Shown here piece after piece: positions 54,636-64,000 of a stretch of DNA of 64,000 nt (its first letter is position 1; every line of letters begins with the position of its first letter). The stretch comes from Octopus vulgaris (lineage: Eukaryota), in the NCBI GenBank assembly GCA_951406725.2, contig OX597837.1, positions 14,508,001 to 14,572,000 on the forward strand, written 5' to 3'. The notes under the pieces are model-generated. The model did no database searches and was not told where the DNA came from. It saw only the letters and a program-made list of their open reading frames with translations. Made by a program: the position numbers and the translations under genes.

Positions 54636-54820
54636 AGTCAAAAAATCCTAGCTATTCCTTCTATTTCTAAACTTCGGTATGTGGTGAAGCAAATCTTTGC
54701 TGAACCCTAATTATAAAGTATTACTTAAGCTTACCATGAAATGGTCTTTTTCATGCCGAATTCTACTTGGTAAAATTACTGATTACTTCTTAATTAATTA
54801 ATTTTACCCTTTCTTATTAT
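54636..54820 (+). mobile_element. Second, internally deleted copy of the 48970-49262 element
   Basis: CTATTTCTAAACTTCGGT...TTACCATGAAATGGT...CATGCCGAATTCTACTTGGT...TTAATTAATTT. Confidence 0.85.
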
Positions 54821-54877
54821 ACACATATACATATATATGTATATATATATATATGTATATGTAAATATATGTATGTG

Positions 54878-54933
<56 letters not shown>

Positions 54934-55042
54934 GAAACCTTAAGCTCTCTCCTTTTACCGAGCGTCAAACTTATACACTTATTGTGCACGTCCTCACGTT
55001 CTTTTTCGTTTTTTATTCGTTTATTTGAATTGGTTGTATTTG

Positions 55043-55080
<38 letters not shown>

Positions 55081-56059
55081 GATTTCAGCATATTTTAACT
55101 CGTATTTTAACTCTGTGTATATCAAAAGAAAAAGCTACAAGCAAAACACAACACAAACACAATGAAAACACATGAACATATCGAAAGAACCAGAAAATTC
55201 CGACGGATATCGATTCTATTCATCGGAACAAAGCCTCATCGGAGGAGAGAATAAGATGTACTGCGTAACGTCCTTGTTTGCTGAAGATAATTAATAATGT
55301 AAAAAAAAAGAGAGTGAAATGGCCGCAGCCTGTAATTGAAACCGCTTCTGTTGGGTTTCTCTCTCTTGACTTGAACTCGGTCTCTTACCGTTCGTAGCCA
55401 ACGCAAACACGCAGACGACGTCAAAGCTCGAAGTCACATTGCCTCAAGTTGTGGGAGGTTCGGCGTGTTTGTGAAAAACATATTTGCATAGTTGGGTAAT
55501 ATTTAATAACAAAGTAATTAATAGAATTAATTCATTTATTCGCTCGCAATGTGTTGAATTTAAGAATGAAGTGGCTAAAAATACATCCGTTCAGCTTCAG
55601 AGCAAATGTTTGCGCAGCCGCCACGCCAACTCATTCATTCTCCTACATATACAAACGTAGTTTATTTTCTCTATAAATACGTATGAATGGATGGATGGAT
55701 GGATGCATGGATTAATGACAGATAGATGGATTTATATATGTATATATGTATGGGTACATAAGTACGCATGTGTGTATATATGTATATGTGTGTGTATGTA
55801 TATATGTATATAAATATATATATATATCTATATACATATATACACCATCACACCACACAACACTACACCATACCACACAACACACCACCACGCACACACA
55901 AGCATTGACCAATTCCCATCCCCACATTTTCGCACCTACACATATACACACGCACACGTCAAGATCACCAGCACTCATTCACACGCACATACGTACTCTC
56001 TTATATACACGCGCACCTTCGTTTTGGGATCACTACTACTTTGTTATCTCTCCTACTTC

Positions 56060-56273
56060 TTAGCTCTCCTGTGTGACCCTTCTGTCCGGCATTCGCCGTG
56101 ATAGATTGCTAGCCACTACACACATTTTTTCCTCTCCTTGTTTCTCACCTTGTTTGTTTCTGTGTCCCTTTCTGTAGAAGAGCGTAGGCTCGAAACATAA
56201 AAGTCTTGTTCAATTCCTGAGCGTTATACTAATACATCTGTTTGTTTTGTACACCACTTGTCTTCGTCTTTTT

Positions 56274-56280
<7 letters not shown>
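56060..56280 (+). mobile_element. Penelope-like terminal repeat fragment
   Basis: Hammerhead-like remnant TAGAAGAGCGTAGGCTCGAAAC followed by an AT-rich tail ending in (TA)n; related piece at ~54930-55050. Confidence 0.45.
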
Positions 56281-56310
<30 letters not shown>

Positions 56311-56432
56311 TGGTATCTTTGTAAGAAAATATAAACGAGACAGTCACGGCTGGAATGCTTTTGACAATAGATCTTATCGAACGTGGTTGACCTAGAATTG
56401 TTCAACAACAAAACATCAAGGACAATCCAGAC

Positions 56433-56960
56433 AAGTAATATTTGTAGTTAACTGAGCTCTCGTGATACAGACTCTCTCACTCGATTGAGACGGGATGGTC
56501 ACGGCTAGAGTAACTAGGCAGTGCACATGCAGAATAATAGCCAACACAAGTTGCAATTTATAGTTAACTGGCCTTTCTCTTCACGGACTGACTCAACTGA
56601 AACGGGATGGTCATTATTGGACCAACAAGGGTAGTGTGCATACATAGAAATAGCCAACACAAACAGTAATTTATAGTTAGACCGATTTACTCAACTAAGA
56701 CAGGGTGGTCACGAGTGGCACGCTTGCGCAGTGTGTGTACGTAAAGATAATCAACGCAGGCTAGCTCAGTCGGTAGAACATAAGACTTTTATGGCTACTC
56801 TAATAAGTAATTTGCGGGTCGGGTGTTCAATTCCTTCCACGGGCGTACGTCCAGTAATTTACAGTTAATTAACCTCTCTTTACATAGGTTCACCCAGTTA
56901 AGACGAGATGGTCACGGGTGGGGCCTCAACAACAGTGCGCATGCATAAAGATGGCCAACG
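56433..56960 (+). repeat. Four diverged ~120-bp units of the downstream satellite
   Basis: Repeating AATTT.TAGTT...CTCAA.T.AGACGGGATGGTCAC...AAA.A(T)AGCCAAC. Confidence 0.85.
56755..56845 (+). tRNA. tRNA-Lys(TTT) pseudogene with an 18-nt intron at position 37/38
   Basis: GGCTAGCTCAGTCGGTAGAACATAAGAC-T-TTT-A[TGGCTACTCTAATAAGTA]ATTTGCGGGTCGGGTGTTCAATTCC...CGGGCG; stems mismatched. Confidence 0.82.
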
Positions 56961-59900
56961 CATGCAGTAATTTGTTGTAGTTAACTAACCTTTCTCTCTA
57001 CGGACTGACTCACTCAATTAAGACGGGATAGTCACGACTGGAGCTACAAGGGCGGATGTGAGCATGCAGTAATTTGTAGTTAAATAAACCTTTCTCTCCA
57101 CGGACCGACTCACTCAATTAAGACGGGATAGTCACGACTGGAGCTACAAGGGCGGATGTGAGCATGCAGTAATTTGTAGTTAAATAAACCTTTCTCTCCA
57201 CGGACCGACTCACTCAATTAAGACGGGATAGTCACGACTGGAGCTACAAGGGCGGATGTGAGCATGCAGTAATTTGTAGTTAAATAAACCTTTCTCTCCA
57301 CGGACCGACTCACTCAATTAAGACGGGATAGTCACGACTGGAGCTACAAGGGCGGATGTGAGCATGCAGTAATTTGTAGTTAAATAAACCTTTCTCTCCA
57401 CGGACCGACTCACTCAATTAAGACGGGATAGTCACGACTGGAGCTACAAGGGCGGATGTGAGCATGCAGTAATTTGTAGTTAAATAAACCTTTCTCTCCA
57501 CGGACCGACTCACTCAATTAAGACGGGATAGTCACGACTGGAGCTACAAGGGCGGATGTGAGCATGCAGTAATTTGTAGTTAAATAAACCTTTCTCTCCA
57601 CGGACCGACTCACTCAATTAAGACGGGATAGTCACGACTGGAGCTACAAGGGCGGATGTGAGCATGCAGTAATTTGTAGTTAAATAAACCTTTCTCTCCA
57701 CGGACCGACTCACTCAATTAAGACGGGATAGTCACGACTGGAGCTACAAGGGCGGATGTGAGCATGCAGTAATTTGTAGTTAAATAAACCTTTCTCTCCA
57801 CGGACCGACTCACTCAATTAAGACGGGATAGTCACGACTGGAGCTACAAGGGCGGATGTGAGCATGCAGTAATTTGTAGTTAAATAAACCTTTCTCTCCA
57901 CGGACCGACTCACTCAATTAAGACGGGATAGTCACGACTGGAGCTACAAGGGCGGATGTGAGCATGCAGTAATTTGTAGTTAAATAAACCTTTCTCTCCA
58001 CGGACCGACTCACTCAATTAAGACGGGATAGTCACGACTGGAGCTACAAGGGCGGATGTGAGCATGCAGTAATTTGTAGTTAAATAAACCTTTCTCTCCA
58101 CGGACTGACTCACTCAATTAAGACGGGATAGTCACGACTGGAGCTACAAGGGCGGATGTGAGCATGCAGTAATTTGTAGTTAAATAAACCTTTCTCTCCA
58201 CGGACTGACTCACTCAATTAAGACGGGATAGTCACGACTGGAGCTACAAGGGCGGATGTGAGCATGCAGTAATTTGTAGTTAAATAAACCTTTCTCTCCA
58301 CGGACTGACTCACTCAATTAAGACGGGATAGTCACGACTGGAGCTACAAGGGCGGATGTGAGCATGCAGTAATTTGTAGTTAAATAAACCTTTCTCTCCA
58401 CGGACTGACTCACTCAATTAAGACGGGATAGTCACGACTGGAGCTACAAGGGCGGATGTGAGCATGCAGTAATTTGTAGTTAAATAAACCTTTCTCTCCA
58501 CGGACCGACTCACTCAATTAAGACGGGATAGTCACGACTGGAGCTACAAGGGCGGATGTGAGCATGCAGTAATTTGTAGTTAAATAAACCTTTCTCTCCA
58601 CGGACCGACTCACTCAATTAAGACGGGATAGTCACGACTGGAGCTACAAGGGCGGATGTGAGCATGCAGTAATTTGTAGTTAAATAAACCTTTCTCTCCA
58701 CGGACCGACTCACTCAATTAAGACGGGATAGTCACGACTGGAGCTACAAGGGCGGATGTGAGCATGCAGTAATTTGTAGTTAAATAAACCTTTCTCTCCA
58801 CGGACCGACTCACTCAATTAAGACGGGATAGTCACGACTGGAGCTACAAGGGCGGATGTGAGCATGCAGTAATTTGTAGTTAAATAAACCTTTCTCTCCA
58901 CGGACCGACTCACTCAATTAAGACGGGATAGTCACGACTGGAGCTACAAGGGCGGATGTGAGCATGCAGTAATTTGTAGTTAAATAAACCTTTCTCTCCA
59001 CGGACCGACTCACTCAATTAAGACGGGATAGTCACGACTGGAGCTACAAGGGCGGATGTGAGCATGCAGTAATTTGTAGTTAAATAAACCTTTCTCTCCA
59101 CGGACCGACTCACTCAATTAAGACGGGATAGTCACGACTGGAGCTACAAGGGCGGATGTGAGCATGCAGTAATTTGTAGTTAAATAAACCTTTCTCTCCA
59201 CGGACCGACTCACTCAATTAAGACGGGATAGTCACGACTGGAGCTACAAGGGCGGATGTGAGCATGCAGTAATTTGTAGTTAAATAAACCTTTCTCTCCA
59301 CGGACCGACTCACTCAATTAAGACGGGATAGTCACGACTGGAGCTACAAGGGCGGATGTGAGCATGCAGTAATTTGTAGTTAAATAAACCTTTCTCTCCA
59401 CGGACCGACTCACTCAATTAAGACGGGATAGTCACGACTGGAGCTACAAGGGCGGATGTGAGCATGCAGTAATTTGTAGTTAAATAAACCTTTCTCTCCA
59501 CGGACCGACTCACTCAATTAAGACGGGATAGTCACGACTGGAGCTACAAGGGCGGATGTGAGCATGCAGTAATTTGTAGTTAAATAAACCTTTCTCTCCA
59601 CGGACCGACTCACTCAATTAAGACGGGATAGTCACGACTGGAGCTACAAGGGCGGATGTGAGCATGCAGTAATTTGTAGTTAAATAAACCTTTCTCTCCA
59701 CGGACCGACTCACTCAATTAAGACGGGATAGTCACGACTGGAGCTACAAGGGCGGATGTGAGCATGCAGTAATTTGTAGTTAAATAAACCTTTCTCTCCA
59801 CGGACCGACTCACTCAATTAAGACGGGATAGTCACGACTGGAGCTACAAGGGCGGATGTGAGCATGCAGTAATTTGTAGTTAAATAAACCTTTCTCTCCA

Positions 59901-61275
59901 CGGACCGACTCACTCAATTAAGACGGGATAGTCACGACTGGAGCTACAAGGGCGGATGTGAGCATGCAGTAATTTGTAGTTAAATAAACCTTTCTCTCCA
60001 CGGACCGACTCACTCAATTAAGACGGGATAGTCACGACTGGAGCTACAAGGGCGGATGTGAGCATGCAGTAATTTGTAGTTAAATAAACCTTTCTCTCCA
60101 CGGACCGACTCACTCAATTAAGACGGGATAGTCACGACTGGAGCTACAAGGGCGGATGTGAGCATGCAGTAATTTGTAGTTAAATAAACCTTTCTCTCCA
60201 CGGACCGACTCACTCAATTAAGACGGGATAGTCACGACTGGAGCTACAAGGGCGGATGTGAGCATGCAGTAATTTGTAGTTAAATAAACCTTTCTCTCCA
60301 CGGACCGACTCACTCAATTAAGACGGGATAGTCACGACTGGAGCTACAAGGGCGGATGTGAGCATACATAAAGATGCCACCGCATGCAGTAATTTGTAGT
60401 TAAATAAACCTTTCTCTCCACGGACCGACTCACTCAATTAAGACGGGATAGTCACGACTGGAGCTACAAGGGCGGATGTGAGCATGCAGTAATTTGTAGT
60501 TAAATAAACCTTTCTCTCCACGGACCGACTCACTCAATTAAGACGGGATAGTCACGACTGGAGCTACAAGGGCGGATGTGAGCATACATAAAGATGGCCA
60601 CCGCATGCAGTAATTTGTAGTTAAATAAACCTTTCTCTCCACGGACCGACTCACTCAATTAAGACGGGATAGTCACGACTGGAGCTACAAGGGCGGATGT
60701 GAGCATACATAAAGATGGCACCGCATGCAGTAATTTGTAGTTAAATAAACCTTTCTCTCCACGGACCGACTCACTCAATTAAGACGGGATAGTCACGACT
60801 GGAGCTACAAGGGCGGATGTGAGCATGCAGTAATTTGTAGTTAAATAAACCTTTCTCTCCACGGACCGACTCACTCAATTAAGACGGGATAGTCACGACT
60901 GGAGCTACAAGGGCGGATGTGAGCATGCAGTAATTTGTAGTTAAATAAACCTTTCTCTCCACGGACCGACTCACTCAATTAAGACGGGATAGTCACGACT
61001 GGAGCTACAAGGGCGGATGTGAGCATACATAAAGATGGCCACCGCATGCAGTAATTTGTAGTTAAATAAACCTTTCTCTCCACGGACCGACTCACTCAAT
61101 TAAGACGGGATAGTCACGACTGGAGCTACAAGGGCGGATGTGAGCATACATAAAGATGGCCACCGCATGCAGTAATTTGTAGTTAAATAAACCTTTCTCT
61201 CCACGGACCGACTCACTCAATTAAGACGGGATAGTCACGACTGGAGCTACAAGGGCGGACCGACTCACTCCATTA
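56960..61275 (+). repeat. Highly homogeneous tandem satellite, ~42 units of 100 bp with five 120-121-bp units at the distal end
   Basis: Exact 100-bp period from 57001 to 60360; unit CGGACCGACTCACTCAATTAAGACGGGATAGTCACGACTGGAGCTACAAGGGCGGATGTGAGCATGCAGTAATTTGTAGTTAAATAAACCTTTCTCTCCA. Confidence 0.99.
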
Positions 61276-61779
61276 AATAATAACCCACAACAATTGACTG
61301 AGATGCTTTTGTTTATTATTTGTTTTTAATGCACTTCTTTTTCCCTTTCCTGGCTTTTTTGTTTGTTTGTTTTACAAGTATTTAATATTAGGTGGGAGTT
61401 TCTTTTTATGTTGTCATTAGAAGTTCTCATTAAAAACTCTATGACGTAAGAGAGAGATAGGAAAGACGGCCTCCGTTATATAATCATGCTGTACCATCGA
61501 TTCTGTCTTTGGCCGTAGCATCATTGATTTAACGTGTGAAGCGCTGAATTCACCCACACAAACATACACACGCTCTCTTACGCGCACATACACACAGAAA
61601 TACAGGCTCACCACACACATAAATCTCTGTTACTCTTTCCTGCCTCTTTCTCTCTATCCCTAGCAAAATATGTGATCTGGCACCAGGCAGTATGACACAA
61701 AGTTAAACCCAGAACGCTGGGGAACTGGTGATGGCTTGAGTCGGCAACTTCAAATCAGTTCATATGAAATACATAAAAA

Positions 61780-62065
61780 GTGGAGGCATATGACCTAATG
61801 TTTAGAGCAGTGGACTCGCGGTCGAGAGATCGCGAATTCGAATCTCAGACCGGACGATGTGTGTGTTTATGAGAGAAAACACCTAAGCTCCACGCGGCTC
61901 CGACAGAAGATAATGGCGAAAGTTCTGCTGACGCGTTCGCCACAACTTTCTCTCACTCTTTCCTCCTGCATCTTGCAGCCTACCTGCGATGGACCGGCGT
62001 CCCGTCTAGGCGGGGAACCTATACGCCAAGAAACCGGGAAACCGGCCCTTATGAGCCAGGCTTAG
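61780..62065 (+). mobile_element. SINE family B-related, full length
   Basis: tRNA-like head (TTCGAATCTC), CTGCGATGGACCGGCGTCCCGTC domain, GAAACCGGGAAACCGGCCC tail as in 53096-53350. Confidence 0.8.
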
Positions 62066-62859
62066 GAAATGGTAAAAGCTGTTTCGGGTTTTTTGTTTTG
62101 TTTTTAGAATGGTAGTGATGTAGAGAAAGAGAAAAAAAACTGGAACTAGGAAGAATGTTGTAGTTCGCTTGAAGCATTGTAGCACACCAGTAGGATAATA
62201 AAGGAAAAGAGAAACAAAAAAGGGCTTTACTCAAAATCACAACGCACCACCTGCTCTAGGAATTGAAACCACGATCTCGCGAGTGTGAGCGCAACACCCT
62301 AACCACTAAGTTAAATATGTGTGTGTGTGTGTATTGTTCTTAGCTGTGGTTGCATTTCTGTAGCGAAGACCTACGAACTCTTATGGTTGACTGTGGTTTG
62401 TAAGTGAAACATGGACGTGGATTTAGCGTCACCGTAAGATAAGCCATCTCTGCTCTGAAGAAAATGTAGTTTGTTGTTGTTGCTGTTGTTGTTGTTGTTT
62501 TTGTTACTGTTGTTGTTGTTTTACTGCTGTTTAGCCCCAGGTCAGCGTTGATCAAACAGACCTTATATCAAATACATATGTTATGTCTTATTTTTTTGCT
62601 TGTTTGCTTTTTTTCCAGGCATAGTGTATAAGCGATTAGATACATTATCTCATACACACTTTCCTCTTTCTAAAGATGTTATGGTATAATTTGAGGGATA
62701 TTTGGCTGCTATTTCTAGAAGGTTATACGACCTCGTAGATGTTCCCTCGTCGGATCTGAAAAAAAAGAATAAGTAACCGTAGGAGCAGATATAGAAGAGT
62801 CCATTATTTCAGCATCGTGTTAAATATGTTGCGTTGAATCAAGTATATGTTTACTTAAG

Positions 62860-63190
62860 AATAGTGGTGGATCTCCGTCGTAAGACGATGAAGGCCCATT
62901 TATTAGATCAACCCAATAACCTGTTTCTGAATAAACGTACATGTGGCAGACTAAACTCAAGATACTTAATTCTGGGGTTGAATGATTGTGATCATAGAGT
63001 GTGACAAGGCCGTACCTCTTCAATTACAGATGATTCAATTCGAAGGGCTTCTTTACAGTTTTCGCCTGCCCAGTTTCACCCACAGGGTTGTAGAAGATGA
63101 CATGTGCCTGAGATGCCACGCAGGTGGATCGAACTCGAAGCCCCGTAGTTGTGAAACAAACTTTTTAATCATTTAGCCATACTGCGCCTA
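62860..63190 (-). mobile_element. Diverged SINE fragments (family B tail plus another head)
   Basis: GTGTGACAAGGC...AATTACAG; GGATCGAACTCG. Confidence 0.55.
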
Positions 63191-63859
63191 AATTTCAATA
63201 GGAATACCCGCTCTACTAAATGGTTAAAGTTGACATTATTAAATCAATTTAAATCTTTACAATTCGTATATAATACAAACCTGCTAATAAGAGAAAATAA
63301 TGCAAAATATAGCATTTGGTTTTTTTTATTGTTTGTCATGGTTTGATACACCTACAAATTTACATTCGAAAATCGAATTAATAAACGCCTGGCCAGCTCC
63401 ATAGATTCCTTATGACCCAGGGATTGAAGAAGTCGAAGCAGCGGAAAATGCAGTAGGTTGCATTTTGTTCGGATGCCTCACTCTCTGGATATATATGGGA
63501 GGAGGCCTTTTTAGTGGAAAGAAGAAAAAACATTTTCTTTTGAAAAATTCTTCAGAAGAAAAGGTGATTTAGGGAAGATTTGGCATTTGTTTCTGGCGCG
63601 TCCTGCGGCCGCCTGCTACCTTACTTGTTTCTCCTCGGCACCATGGGAGTCTGCCGTAGTCTGTCTGTGCCTGTTGCTTTCTTTTTAAATGGTAAAAACT
63701 TGACAGTTTCTCAGCGGGATCCACAAGGTCCTCATGGCTGGGAAGAGACTGTCTCCAATCATCGCTCCACGTGTCCTTAGCACTGAAGCATTCGTTTACG
63801 GATTTAAAGAAAAAATTTTGCTTTTTCTTTCCTTTTAACCACTATTGAATACCTAGAAA

Positions 63860-63990
63860 TGGTTGAGACGGCAGAGGGTCGGACAAATGCTTTGCAGTAT
63901 TTCTTCCGGTTCTTTGCTCTCCGATTTCAAATCCCATTGGTTTCAACTGAGGGTTTCGTCGTTTCGTATTCAATAAGTCTCAGGGAAGCA
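63860..63990 (+). mobile_element. Diverged SINE family A
   Basis: GGACAAATGCTTTGCAGTATTTCTTCCGG...TTCAAATCCC. Confidence 0.55.
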
Positions 63991-64000
63991 CTGCTCGTTG

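Noticed and set aside
56960-61275. CRISPR-like array
   Set aside because: Units are identical end to end with no unique spacers, there are no cas genes, and the context is eukaryotic.

Overview
Repeat-saturated, essentially non-coding eukaryotic DNA. The microsatellite load and SINE set look like an octopus (cephalopod) genome; this is an inference from recalled repeat motifs. I can support no host protein-coding gene, and almost all ORFs in the track are translated microsatellites or SINEs. Recognisable content: (1) an open 283-codon C-terminal fragment of a Tx1/L1-clade LINE ORF2 (zf-RVT) whose 5' truncation abuts a (GATA)n tract; (2) decayed CR1/Jockey-like, RTE, Tx1 and hAT remnants; (3) many copies of two tRNA-derived SINE families; (4) a 28S rRNA fragment; (5) tRNA-Ile(AAT) and intron-bearing tRNA-Lys(TTT) pseudogenes; (6) a ~4.3-kb homogeneous 100/121-bp satellite whose decayed flank holds the tRNA-Lys at a unit junction; (7) at 42-56 kb, a cluster of fold-back hairpins in (TA)n, a ~200-bp inverted repeat pair and several minimal hammerhead-ribozyme motifs typical of Penelope-like elements. 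Several islands of unique sequence carry TF-motif clusters that could be cis-regulatory.
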